Below are positions 49,160 through 62,875 of a DNA stretch of 64,000 nucleotides, piece by piece; the first letter of the stretch is position 1, and each line of letters starts with the position of its first letter. Where the stretch lies: NCBI GenBank assembly GCA_030265395.1, contig JARFYF010000046.1, positions 18,896,524 to 18,960,523 on the forward strand, read 5' to 3'. Position numbers and translations under genes: made by a program. The notes under the pieces were generated by a model, which was given only the letters and a program-made list of their open reading frames with translations, was not told the DNA's origin and searched no databases. Origin of the DNA: Rhina ancylostomus (taxonomy: Eukaryota).

Positions 49160-51169
49160 CTAAAAATAAGACAAGTATAGAACAACAATGTTAAAATGAA
49201 TGCTTTCCAATTATCTGGTTATTGCAGTGCCTTACAGGGGTTACAGATATCAGCGAACAGGTTGGTCTATACCACAGTAATTTTAAGAGGGCTATTAAAT
49301 CAGAGAGTAAAATGAGAAACTATAGGTTGTAAACAAATCTGTAAAGTCCCAGGTGGAGCTTAATTCATAATCTTGCACTAGCAATTCCCAGTTTAAGTGA
49401 CTTGCTTCCATTTAACCTTTCCTGGTTAGGTTTCCATGTAAAAATGCTGTTGCAAAGTATAGGAATGACCATCATGCAATTGGTATTGCAAGTCAGTCAG
49501 CTCAACCAGTAACAAACAAATTGTTGTCTTCATTCTGGGTATCACATGCCACAGATATGCTCAGGGCAAATTAAGCAGAATTCTAATTATAACTCAAACC
49601 ACCAATTGCATAGAGTTTTAAATATTTTCCAATTATTTTCATTCCACGATTCCTTCAATTTCAAACAGCTCAAAAGGTTACAGGCAGGAAGTTTAAAAAT
49701 CCTCAATGAACTAGCAATTCAAATTGGCAACTGACTTTTAAAACACAGGAGAGGAATTCCTGAAGCCCCCGTATCCAATCCACAGGATGTGCTGCTCAAC
49801 CTTGCAGAGCAGGAAGTCCAAAGGTTTTAACCCTCATTTAAGAGAAATTAATTGGCAATAACAAGCTCAGATGCTGGGATGTGACCAAATGCTTGGTTAA
49901 AGAAGTTGGTATAAAGAACTGACTTATGGAAGGAGAGAGAGAAATACAGATGTAGAGAGGTTTGAAGGAATTCTACAGAACAGGACATTTCTCTTGCTGT
50001 GTACACGTGAGAATAATTGGGTCATCACCATGCTCACCACTGTTAAATTGCCTGTTAATGCACTCTGTTAGTCTCAAATGAGCAAGGAGATCAGCTAATG
50101 CCAATATCTGAAGAACTTGAGAGAAAGAAAAGCATATTTCAAACCTACAAACCTTCCCTTCCAAGATTTTCTCAAACTCAGTAAAGATTTTGAATTCATT
50201 CCACTATTTATTTACAAACACATCAGCTTCTTGGATTTGTAAATTACTCCTGTAAATGAATTAAAAACTTACAATCTCAATGTTGTTTTCATTGGCCCTA
50301 GCTGGTTACATTTCCTAAACTGAGCCTGTAGTGTTATGCAAAGTTTTATACAAATTGGTTTAGCAACAGGATTTATCCTGTACCTTCACTGAAGCTAGCC
50401 TCGGTATAAAAATCTGTTACAGATTGGACTCCGATAAATAGACCATTAGAAAATTAAAGTTTGTGGAATTAATACAAATTTGGCTCCTGTGCTGTGTCAT
50501 TTTTGAAACTTTATACATTTTTTTTAAAGACACCTTCCCTCCTGTCCATGAGTATTTTCCTACAAACAGTTCCTAAAATCTAGTTCATCGTTAGGTCAAA
50601 TAAAATGTCAATGGATAAGTCGTCCAAACAAGGGAACATTTCTAACACATCTATTTATACAAGATATTCTAAAATAAATTGACAGCCTTCATTGTTTAGA
50701 GGAAACAGCTGAACTAACAAATGGTTCCACTGTAAACATTAATTAATTAATCTGGAGATTAACCCAAATGGATTAATCCTAACCACTGATAATTTCAGGG
50801 ACACTGGAAGTCTGGCTTGTCCATCAATAATGAAAATACAAAACCTTTTGTACTGCTGTTCAGATCATCCTCCTGTTTTTATATGTTGCTTCATATGGAA
50901 AGTAGAATGAGGGAGGGCTGGAGGGAGGGGGAGGGGTGGAGGGAGGGGGAGGGGTGGAGGGATAACAATTGAAGCAAACATCTTCACAAGTACATAGTTC
51001 AGTTGCAATGACAATTGCTTAAAAACTGTTTTCAGTGCATTTTCCAGATGATATCTATGCAATACACGTGGCATATAACAAACTTCTTTCAGGTTGTCTA
51101 AGCACCATGCCACTGTGACCAAATCCTGATAATTTGGTGTTAAATAATGGGGGCTACTCCATTGTCAAT

Positions 51170-51640
51170 CTTCACCCCACACCCCCCCAAACCTTATCAC
51201 CTTATTTCTTTCCTCTCCTTCACCCACTTCATCTGCCCATTACCCACATACTCCTCCCACTGGGTCCCCTCCCCCTTCTATTTCCATCTGCACACCCCAC
51301 CTCCATTATTTGGTTCCATGCTCTACCTTCCTCTCCTTTCAGGTTCCATCATCTGCAGCCCTTTGTTGCCTCCATCTGTCTCCCCCCAGCCTCTGTCGCT
51401 ATTTCCACTCTTCCCTGCTTTATCCGCACATCACCCCTCAACCTGGATCCACCTACAACTTGCCAGCTCTTGTTCCATCCCTTCCCTTCTCCTCTTTATG
51501 TGGGCTATCTCCCTGCTATCTTTCAGTTCCATTGAAGAGTCTCAACCACATTGACTGCCCATTTCCCTCCATAGATGCTGCCCCACCCGCTGAGTTGTTT
51601 TTTTTTGTTCCAGATTCCAGCATCTGCAGTCTCTTGCATC
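51170..51640 (+). mobile_element. Penelope-like element 3' region
   Basis: C/T-rich body ending cctccatagatgctgccccacccgctgagtt...ccagattccagcatctgcag, the reverse complement of the 13225 copy. Confidence 0.6.
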
Positions 51641-54600
51641 TCTTTTGTTAATTTGCCAGATTCTCCAAACTAGCAAGACCAGACTCAGCCTTACAGAAGC
51701 ATCCAAGTTTTCACTTTTTGTGCACCATTCAATTCAAAAATACATTGCACTGTTACTTGCTGGAAGTGTCAAACTTAATAATGGGTTCAATTAGGCTTTT
51801 GGGGGACACCTGAGCAATCAGCTGTGTTCCTCCTGAACCAGAGAGTAGAATATTAAGAAAGAACAAGGAATAACAGGCAAGGAGGGTGAATTCTCATCAA
51901 AAATCAGGCACAGAAGTGAGCAAATGCAAGATTGCAGGGAGATGGAAGGTGGGAAAGGTGCAACAACCCCCCACCCCTTGAGGTGAAATTTACGAGCTGA
52001 ATGAGTCCCACAGATGAAACTGCTCAGTTTCTGTACAAACAATTGCAATGTTGTTAAATTGATATATAAATCATTAGTTACCAGCCTTCTGTAGCAAGTG
52101 AATGGTTAATCAAGGGGAAAGTTCAGCAAAATGGCTTAAGGTAAATAAAGAGATGTTTGTGCAAGAAACCAATGTGTGTTTAAGTCACTTGTAGACAAAT
52201 AAAGACATTTGTCAGTAAGAACAAAAAGAACAATACACCAATGAGAAGCAAATAAAACTGAATACCCTGGAAATCTGAAATTAAAACAGAGAATGTTGAA
52301 AAAGCAGCAGTTTTCGGTTTTTTAAAAAATGGCAATATTCTATTCTGGGCTGCAAACACATTAAAACAAATTTGTAAAAACAGCTCTTGGATTTTCAATC
52401 TAGATTGTGTTCAGTATTAGTGACAGAACTAAATGAGAATCACAAGTCTGACATCCTTTTGCCTTTCTACTTCTTCCTTGGCCTCAAAAATCACACACGA
52501 CCACATTCTGATGTCTAAAGCTGCTAGTGGTTACAGCAGGTTTCCAGTCATAAGGCAGAAGACAGAAAAGGACTGTGTTTACATTGATACAAGCTTATAC
52601 ACTCATTGCTGATTTGACATGGAATTCTTTCCCACTCCCTAATGCTCCAAATAGAGACCCACTTGGAAATGGGCAAACACCGAGCCCGAACTGGTTCCTT
52701 CCACAATAGATCTGAAGTGTAGAAACTGCTGTAACACAGGACAGAGAAACCATGAAAGCAATTATCTGTGGCAGAGCAACAGCTGAAGGCTGTCAATTCA
52801 TTTCCTGTTATGGATGGCTTTAGTCCAGGAATTCAGCAGCAAAACATAAAAGTTAAATATTAGTTATATAAATAGAGGTCATAAGTAGGATTTGATTTGA
52901 CAGCTGCATCAGAAATATTCAAATTACACCAAATGGATTCGCTTTGCGGAGTCCCACTAGACTGCAGTATTTTAAGTGAAAGCTTACATTCCCATGTTAT
53001 TGGCATCTTGCATGAGGATAACACCTCCATAATAGTCACTGTAATTCAATGTTACATCAACTAAATGAAGTGGGGAGAAATCTCCATCCAAAATGGTGCT
53101 TTAAAATGAAAATGTATTTTTTTAAAATTAATTTTCACTTCCTATTCTATCCACAAATTTCACCTAGAAATCAAGTTCACTTGCACACCATCTGTTCACC
53201 AGTTGGGATAAAGTCTACTGTGACAATAAAATGAATTCAATGGCTAAAATTGGGAACCGACAGACAAGGCTGCATAAAGTAAGCTCAGTTTTCTTACAAA
53301 TAATTATGACTGGAATGAACAAACATTATGATATAAACTTAACCCAGCACTACCAAGAATCTGCACAAAAATTATTTCAAAGCAATTTGTCAAAAAGAAC
53401 ACGCAATTCAAGGAACAGGAAACTCTCATCTTTTGTCCTGTTATCCCATCAACAGACAAGTACTTGTTGCAGTAGGACACAGTGTACACATAAAACAAAA
53501 TGGTAGAGCACAGAACTTGCACTGTGTGGTGAATGTCCAACATACATTAAGAAACATGTTGTGCGTGTTTGTTATGAATAGCATTGCCATGTCAGGCTGT
53601 AAAGGATGATGGAGGAAATCAGCCAGGTTTTGCTCTCCTCCTTGGGAAGCGTGCCCTTATGGATACATGTTGAACACAAAATCAAAGCCAGACAATCACC
53701 AACCTGTCAGCTAAATAGCTTGTTGACATTCAGACTGCTTGGTAAATCATCTGATAAAGTACACAAAATTGAGTGGGGTATCCAAAGGCTGAGATCATTT
53801 GTCTAATCAACAAATTCCTGAACTCCACTGCTATCAATGCCATTGGGTGATACCTTAAAGCTTTTATTACTTGGGCAACCTCTGTACTGACAGAACATTT
53901 AGGGAGGAGGAAGAAATGAAAAATCAAAATGAAGCTTTAGATGGGAAAAAGGAACCCCTTACATTTCATTCCACAGTATTTCAAACTGTAGATAAACTTA
54001 CATTGATCTTTGCTGACTCTCCATTCACCCTACAATACAACACTTAGCATAACACACACCCAGACGATAAAAGATTCTGATAATGACTTTCCATGGAGTC
54101 TTTAATGTCGAATTCAATAAATATGTTTCAGAAATCTAAGACACTACTGAAAATATTTTTTCTTCCAAAATTGTCACCTGCAACTATTAAAAATACACCT
54201 AGGAATAACAGAATAAATATAGGCTGCTAGAATTAGGTATCGGGAATCTTTAAAGGTATTTGGGTAATGAGGACATGTTTAGAATCAAAATGTCTGTGGG
54301 ATTAGAATACTGCAGAAGATTAAAACATTAATTTCATGGTACAGAAAGTAGGTCTGTTAAAAGTCTGGCATTCTTGGAAAGGAGAAGTGAACACATGGGT
54401 AGAGGTGGGATTAATTTATGATTAAGAACATTCAGCAGCATTGAGTTCAGTCATGGCACAGACACGGGGCGAAACCCAAGATTACTCAACAACAGCAATT
54501 TTAGAGAAGAGAAACAATTCAAAATGTATCACAGAAGCAAAAATCAGACAAATGCAGACTCGGAATTTGAGATGATCTTAGGAAGGTTGAACAAAAGCCT

Positions 54601-55429
54601 AGTCCAAAAGGCATTTTATTTTAAAAAGAGAGAGAGGAAAAAAGAGCTACGATGAAGGAAGGAAAGTGTCAGAGGACCAGAAAATTTATTGGGGTGTATG
54701 GGTGTTCAGTAGGTTTTAAGAGTAAACTTAACTACTGGGCCTGTAGTTGATTACAATCTGACCTTGAGAGTATTTTCAATCCCCTTTTGAAACAAGCCCA
54801 CGTGACTTTTAACATTTTACCAGCCACCCATCCTACGCAAAGAAATCCAGAATTATGAAATAACCATTAAAAATGAGTCACATCCATTTGAAAACAAACT
54901 TAGTTTAACCTCAGTGTGTAGTAGTGCAGAACAGGTGACATCACATTAACCATTGACATGCTCTTCAATAAAATGCCCAATATTCTGGAAGTTTGCAGTC
55001 CGTGGAATTAACATCAGCCATTGTGTGTAACCAGCGGATGTTAAATATACTGTTTTACCAAAATTAATTTCTACCCATTTATCTTAATGGCATCTAAATG
55101 ACACCTGCTTATGGGAATGATACTGTCACAAGGTACTAACTTGCAGCCAAGTGAAAGTCCAGTCAACTCTCTAGTCAGGAGCGAAAGCTTCAAAGATTAT
55201 TGCTTTCCACATACATTTATGAAAACAAGCTTGCTGAGTTACAAAGTGGTTTTCCAATTTTCACAATTTCTGTCTGTGACTAGGAGTCAGATACACATGC
55301 TTCCATGTGAATGAGAGCTAGAATTGAGGCACAGGCTGTGAAGGTAAGGCAGATTCACATCCCCATATTTTGGGGCAAATTTTCAGTTCGTTATCAAGAC
55401 ATAAACTGATGTTGAAGATTATCAGGTTG

Positions 55430-57930
55430 GTAATATAGTCCCAAGGAATAAATATAAAGCAGGTTCTATGGAGATAGTTGAACAACAGTATCAGGCCATC
55501 ACTTAGCTGGGGTTATACTAAAGGTCTCCCAAAAGTCAATGGGAATTAGAGGAACAGATAAGTAAGCAAATTGCAGAAAGGTACAGAGCAATAGTATTGG
55601 AGGTTTTAACTTTTCCCCCCCAACATCAACTGGGATTGCTTTAGTGCAAGGAGCTTAGATTAGGAGGAATATGTTAAGTGCCTCCAAGAGAATTTAAGAC
55701 AATATGTAGATTGTCTAGATACAGAGCAAGACTCAACCTTCTCTTAGGGTATGAAACTGGGCAAGTGGTGGAAGTGGTCGGTGGGGGAACACTTTGGGAG
55801 CAGTGACCATAATTCTGTAAGTTAAGGTTGTTAGGAAAAGGGATAAAGTTGGTCCTCAAGTTAAAGGTCCTACTTAGGAGCAAGTCTGATTTCAATAGCA
55901 TAAAAGGACGTTGAAAATAGATTGGAAGCAGATGCTTGTGGGTGAAGTGGGAGTCAAGTGACGAGTGGGAGTCTTTTAAAAGAGTAAGAGTTCAAGGCCA
56001 GTATGTTCCAGTAAGGATGAAAGACAGTGATAGTATGATTAAAGAATTTTGGATGACAAAGGATATTGAAGGTTTGATCATGTAAAAAATGAGATACAGG
56101 CAACTGGAATCGAGCAAGTCTCTTGAAGAATATTGAGGATGTAGGACAGAATTTAAGAAAATTAGGAGACCAAAAGACACCATACAATATCCTTGGCAAA
56201 TAAGATTAATGAGAATTCTAAATATATTGGGACTGGGAGCAAGAGAGTATCTATGGAAAGAGTAGGTCCCCTTAGAGAGCCAAAGGGTAATCTATGTGCA
56301 AAGCCAGGGATGTGAATGCAGTCCTAAATGAATATTTAGGACCTACTTTCACTAGGGAGAAACATGCGGAAGACACCAAGTTCAGGGAGGTGTATGTGGA
56401 CATTCTGGAAGCACGTCAGTATTAAGAAAGAGTAGGTGTTAGATGTTGTGGAAAGCAAGAGAGGAGACAGCTGCAGCCCTGATGAAGATTTCTGCATCAT
56501 CCTTAGCCACTGGTGAGATTCCAGAAGATGGCTAGTGTTGTTCCTTTACTTAAGACGAGCAGCAGGGATAAGCCAGGTAACTACAGGCTAGTGAGCCTGT
56601 CAGTGGTAGTGAAATTAAATTATTGGAGAAAATTCTAAGGAGACAGGATTTATGTACATTTGGAAAGATGGAGGCTGATCAGGGATAGTCAGCCTGGTTT
56701 TGCATGAGGACAATCCTGCCTCACTAATTTGATTGAGTTTTTTTTGAGGGGGGTAACTAAGAATGATGGAAGCAAGGCAGTAGACATTGACTATATGGAC
56801 TTTAGTATGACATTTGATAAGGTCCCGCATGGTAGGCTGATCCAGATGGTTAAGGCACACGGGATTGAAGGCGAGCTAGCTAGTTTATCCAAAATTGGCT
56901 TGGTGATAGGGGGCAAAGGGTAGTGAAATGTTGCTTTTCTCATTGGAAGTCAATGACCAGTGGTGTACTGCAGGAATCGCTGCTGGGACCCTTGTTGCTC
57001 GTGAGACATTAACAACTTGGATGTGAACAAAGGAGGAATGATTAAGTTTGCAGATGACATGAAAATTGGAGGGATAGCGAGGAAGGATGTCCAAGGCAAT
57101 AGCAGGATTTAGATCAGATGGAAAGTTGGGCAGAGCATCAACAAGATGGAACTTAATCCTGAAAAAGGCGAGATGATGCATTTTGGGAAGTCAGGTAGGG
57201 ATAGGACACCAAGGAATGTTGACGAGCATGGGGCTGTTGAGGTTCAAGTCCATAATTCCCTGAAAGTGGCGACACAGGGAGATGGATGGTGATGAAGGCA
57301 CATGGATGCTTACCTTCATAGATCAGGGATAAAATATAATAGCTGGGATGTTATGTTGCACAAAACACCATTTAGCCTACATTTGGAGTATTGTGCGCAG
57401 TTCTGGTCACCACACTTTCAGAAGGATGTGGNNNNNNNNNNNNNNNNNNNNNNNNNNNNNNNNNNNNNNNNNNNNNNNNNGGAGGAGTTTAGTTATGAGG
57501 AAAGATTGTATAGGTTGAGCTTGGATTTCTGTGGAGCGAAGGGGGCTGAGGGGGTGACCTGATAGAGGTATATAAAATTATGAGAGGAAGAGACAGTGTA
57601 GATAGTCAGTTTCTTTTCCAGTGGTAAGGGTATTAAAAATAAGAGGACATAAATTCAAGATGAGAGGAAGTAGTTTTAAAGGGGATTTGAGGGGAAAGAT
57701 TTTGCTTGTTTTTACACAGAAGGTAGTTGATATTTGGAACTCACTGCCAGAGGAGGTGGTGGATTCAGATACAATCACTATGTTTAAAAGACATTAGAGT
57801 AGGTACTAGAATAGGCCAGGAATAGAAGGATACAGACCTAATGGGGCAAATGGGATTCCTGTAGATGGGCAGAAAGGTCAGGCTGGGCACAGTGGGCTGA
57901 AGGGCCCCTTTATTGAGCTGTCGAAACCTC
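55430..57930 (+). mobile_element. Degraded CR1 LINE ORF2 (endonuclease remnant, RT, 3' tail)
   Basis: AVDIDYMDFSMTFDKVPHGRL, aagtttgcagatgac (FADD), HLEYCAQFWSPH, tail gtgggctgaagggcc. Confidence 0.9.
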
Positions 57931-58032
57931 TAACACAAAACTTTAAAAGCTCTCTCATCAGCCCATCTAGACACCTATTAACAATCCAGGCAAATGATGT
58001 AATAAAAGTGTGTCCAACTTAAAAATTCTTAC

Positions 58033-58094
58033 CAGATTCAGCAACTTTCAGTTCACAGTCCATATAATCAAACATTTCCACCGTGAGCTGGAAG
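58033..58094 (-). CDS. HIP1R: HIP1R exon 7: (I)FQLTVEMFDYMDCELKVAES
   Basis: 62 nt, ttgcag/gtaaga; ANTH domain. Confidence 0.96.
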
Positions 58095-60769
58095 CTGCAA
58101 TTAAAAAAATAGTTTACTCTAACAATGAATTTTTAAACAAAGCAAGTTCAAACATTTAGCAACACTTTCCTCTCATCCAAGTATTATTAACCAGTCTCTC
58201 AAGTAGATTAACTGCAACAGACACATGATGGTGTCTGGTACAACCTATCCACCAACATCCACCCTCCACTTTCTCAATTGCCACCTTGTGGTTTATCAAA
58301 GTAAAATCGATAACTTGAAGAGAAACCAGCACCCTCTGAAATGTAATGGTCAGCATCAGTAATTGAAGTCATGCAGGAATTATAATCATTTGTCACAGCC
58401 TGACACAGACAGCCAAGTACACCACTGCTCCTTCATACATGAAGGGAAACAAACACAGCCTGTGCACACCAGTCTGAAAAACATCATCGCCATGCACATA
58501 AACAATTATTTACAACAAAAAAAACTTGTTTCTCCTACAATGCTGTTGTTAAAACCAAATGTATTTGTCGAACTTTCAGTTGCGAGATGACAATCTCTAA
58601 TTATAGTAAGCTGTGTAGTTTGTAAATTCAAGATACAGGATCACTTTTCTGTTGCCTTCCACTCAATAGCAGTTTCAAAGTTCCACACGTTCATGCATGC
58701 ATGATGCCAGGAGAGCGAGGAGCCATGCTTGTTTCCAGCATTTTGTGAAACCAACACAGGTACTGTACTGTTCCCCCCAACACCCGCTGTCAATGTAAAG
58801 GCACCTTCATTTCTGAAGACTGAGCAGCACATTTTTTTGTGAAGGTAACGTTGCACAAAATAGAAAACTAATTATCCAGTTATCCATTAAGAACAGGTTA
58901 TGGTAAATAGCCATAGTAAGCAATAATAACTAATAGCAGTAATACTGTGCTATTTTACCACCAATATAAATTTTAAAAAGTCAATGTTAATATTTACAAA
59001 TTTAATGCTAATTTTACCAAATTATGCCAGTGCATTAATATGCAGAGAACTGCAGTACTTGTGGGAAAAAAAATCTACCAAAAGGTTTGCTTACAATGTC
59101 AAAATCAGCCCGTGAAGAGCATAGCTTTAAAGGAGCCCTTTGATCTACACTCCTTCAATTACAGTTCAATTAGGAGACCAGCACTTAGGGCTATAACACA
59201 AAAGAGAATAAAAATCAGAGTTTCCAATTCCAATCTATCTCTGAAGACCATATTCTTCATATCGGTGCCATTTACTACAGAATACCACACCTTGCTGTAG
59301 CAGGATTCCTATAACATGAAATAATCTTTATTGCCTACAATTATAAGATTTGAATTTAGCTGTGATTTTCCCAAACTCAAAGCATGGTTATGATGTAAAA
59401 GTAAATATTATTACATAAAACAATGTTAGTGGGATAATTTATCACTGAGAAAATGGCATCCAGTTATGTTTTTTGTAAACTCACCTCCAAAAAGAGAATA
59501 AGGCTCTACAAAAAGTACAAAGGATAATGGAAGATCAATCACAGAACACAAATTCTTGTGGGAATATTTTCCAGTTCCAGCAGTTGTGGAAAAAAAATAT
59601 TCCTAATTTTAAGCATGCACTGACTTTTTCTACTTACTGTAGAGCCCAGCAACAAGTCCAGCTTTTTACATAGAGAAGAAATAAGCAGCTATTTTCACCC
59701 TTCTACATCCACCTGTTATCCAAATCACCTCATTGCACTGTATAAAGTGGATGAATGTTGCACTTGAATGGAGTAAAGTACTTGAAAGTAGCACAGTGCA
59801 GAGATGCACATTTACCTCCAGGTACTTCACTGTGAAAACAGTATCTTTAGAAACAATGCACAAACTGTGACCATGCACCATCCATACCATTACAGAGACA
59901 TTAAACAGAAGTTGGTCTGCTCAAATGAGAATTTATGGTGCTGCCATTCATCACTGCATCCTTTCTCTGTTCTCACGGTTCATGTTTTTTATCAATGAGT
60001 CCATGGCACTACTTTAAAAGAACCATAATGTTCTACATCTGTCCTAGGTTAGCAGATATTTAGGTATTAAGAATAGAAGCTGCAATTTAAAGAATACTGG
60101 CCTCTTCTGCTAAAATGAATCTGGTTTATGGAACTGCCCGACATACTTAACATAGTGTTGTCCCAATATTTCTTTCCAAAGAAAAGTAATGAATTTAAAA
60201 CTTTGTTAAACAGTTAGACGGGCTTGGATCCAATACAAAACAGAAGAGCATTAAGCTAGAATGGAAGAGACACTCCAGGCAGCTCTCCCACATTCCCCAG
60301 TGATTATTTATACAACAGCAGTGTAGATGACCAGGAGAGCCTATTTGTCCCTCTTGTTCAGATGCTCCATGGAACATAAAAATCCTTCAGGCAGAAAAGT
60401 CATATCTATATATAGGTAAATAGTTTGCTTTTAAGAATAATGAGCACATGATTTCAAGGTCAAGATTCATAAATCATAAATCACCCGAGATGTGTGCACA
60501 GTTTAAGATATTATTGAAACTACTTAGAGACTTCAACCACTTAATTTAAGAATAAGTAAAACAAATTAACTAGATTGAGGTTAAAAATATAACAGCTCAG
60601 TAAAACTGTAAATTAATAAAAGTACTCATTCCATCTGGGCCAAATATACATGGTTGAGGAGAAACACATGTTCTTTCTTTGACTCTCTTTCAGACCTTCG
60701 GAATTCTCTGATATTGGAATTTGTTTGCATTTCCTAGGGAACAGAGTTCCCTCTGAAGACTTCTTTCAA

Positions 60770-61745
60770 AATTCATTTTTCAGGACGTGGACAGTGCAAG
60801 CAAGGCCAGTATTTATTGCCCGTCCCTACTGCCCTGGAGCAAGTAGTGGCTTATTGTCACCTTGAACCACTTTCCTCCTCCTGGTGAGGGTACACCAACT
60901 ATGCTACTGGGTAGGTAGCTCTAGAATTTAGGCCCAATGGTGATGAAGTAATTGTAATATTTTTTGAAGTCATGTTAGTGTGCAAGTTGTAGGAACTTGC
61001 TGAGTGGTATTCCCATGTATCTGCTGCCCATGTGCTTCTTGTCAGTAGATTCTGGCAGACATTTTGGTGTCAATCTCAGGGTTTGCTGAATCTCGGTGAG
61101 TAACAGCAGTGCATTATGTAGATGTTGCATGATTCAGTCATGCTATGCTGCCAGTGGAGAGAATGAGGAGAGGCTGGAGTACCTCTCCTGGATGTTGTGA
61201 AGGTTAAGTGCTTGAGCAGCATTCATCCATTCCATTGGAGAGTATTCCATCACAATGATGAACTGTGCATTGTAGAAGGTGGAAAAGCATTGGTGCGTTA
61301 GGAGGCGAGACACTCAGGACAGGATACCCAACAAGATACATCCTTGAAGCCAACATATTTACATGGCCAATCAAGTGCAGTTTCCAGTCAACTGGGATCC
61401 CCAGGATATTGATGGCAATATCACTGATGTCAAGACTAGGTGGTTAATCTGTCTCTTGTTGGAGATGAGCATTGTCTGGCACTTCTGTGGTACAAATGGT
61501 ATTTGCAACTTTTGTGTGCAAGAATGTTGTCTAGACTTTGCAGCATACAAGCATGAACTACTTTGAGGAATTGTGAATGGATTTGAATATTGTGCAATCA
61601 GAAAACTTCTGTCCTTGTGAAGGAAGGAAGGCCACTGATGAAGCAGTTGAAGATAATAGGGCCTAGGACACTGCCCTGAGGAGCTCTTAGAGCGATGCCC
61701 TGAACCTCGGATGACTGACCAACAATCACAACCATCCTCCAAAGG
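60770..61745 (-). mobile_element. Degraded CR1-like LINE (second family), RT to 3' end
   Basis: Minus strand encodes PQGSVLGPIIFNCFI (RT motif) at ~61640-61685 and FVPQKCQTMLISNKR. Confidence 0.7.
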
Positions 61746-61843
61746 TTTAATTCCAACTATTCCCACCACAAATACCTTAAGATCAATTCAAAGCATCATG
61801 TTCAAAAGGTATGCAACCATGGCCTGTGGTTGATCAGACTTAC

Positions 61844-61920
61844 ATATTGTTTACATCCGTGCCAGAAGCTTTATCCAATGCTTCATCAGTCACTTCCAGA
61901 TTTGCTGGGAACTCAGAATG
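61844..61920 (-). CDS. HIP1R: HIP1R exon 6: HSEFPANLEVTDEALDKASGTDVNNI (most 5' exon found in the window)
   Basis: 77 nt, cacag/gtaagt; matches remembered human HPQFPAGLEVTDEVLEKAAGTDVNNI. Confidence 0.95.
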
Positions 61921-62109
61921 CTGTGCAAAACAATAACAACAAAGTGATCAGTAAGTGACCTTGTGTAGGAGTTGATGCACATTCCACTGAACCTCTTTCT
62001 CACCTAGTCATTTAACATTCTTAAAACAATCAATATCTTTCTCATCATGAATTAAATTTAAAAATAACTGCAGAGAAATATGCTGTCTACTTGAAAGCAA
62101 TTACAGCCA

Positions 62110-62875
62110 CTGTGATGTACAAAGGGATTTGGATGGCCTTGTACATTAGTCACTGAAAACAAAGAGCAGGTGCAGCGAGCAGTTAAGAAGGAAAACAGAA
62201 CTTTGGCCTTCATTTCAAGAGGTTTAGAGTACAGGAGTAAGGATGTCTTACGACAAGACCACACCAGGAGTAGGGTGTGCAATTTTATTCTCCTTACCCA
62301 AGGAGATATACTTGATATACTGATTCCTGGGAAGATAGGATTATCGAATGAGGAGAGATTCAATCAACCCAGTGTCTATTCACTAGTATTTATGAGAATG
62401 AGATTTCATTGAGATGCACCAAATTCAAACAGGCTCGAAAGGCTGAAAGCTGGGGAGGAGGGTTCTCTAGGCTGAAGGATCTAGACCTGTGAATCACAGT
62501 CCCAGGATATAGGGGAAGACATTTAGGACTGAGAGGAGGAGAAATTTCGTCACTATGAGGGTGTTGGTTTCTCTACTACAGAGCCCAAGTCACTGCATAT
62601 ATGAGGCGGAGGCAGATAATCTTCAGTACACAAAATGCATCANNNNNNNNNNNNNNNNNNNNNNNNNNNNNNNNNNNNNNNNNNNNNNNNNNNNNNNNNN
62701 NNNNNNNNNNNNNNNNNNNNNNNNNNNNNNNNNNNNNNNNNNAGATAATCTTCAGTACACAAAATGCATCAAGAGGTATGGGGAGACACTGGCAATGTGG
62801 TGTTGAGAAAGATGATCAGGCTTGTTGATGCTGAAGTGTGGAGCAGGCTCAAAGGGCTGAATGGCCTACTACTTT
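62110..62875 (+). mobile_element. Old CR1 LINE 3' fragment
   Basis: QRAVKKENRTLAFISRGLEYRSKDV; tail ggagcaggctcaaagggctgaatggcctact. Confidence 0.75.

Noticed and set aside
50738-50785. Cluster of TAAT/GGATTAATCC homeodomain-like sites
   Set aside because: Expected in AT-rich DNA; would need conservation or chromatin data
51134-51651. Three overlapping >110-aa Pro/Leu/Ser-rich ORFs
   Set aside because: Pyrimidine-rich repeat body lacking stop codons by composition
55010-55046. Short inverted repeat ttaacatcagc...gcggatgttaa
   Set aside because: 11 bp with a mismatch; compatible with chance or old transposon debris
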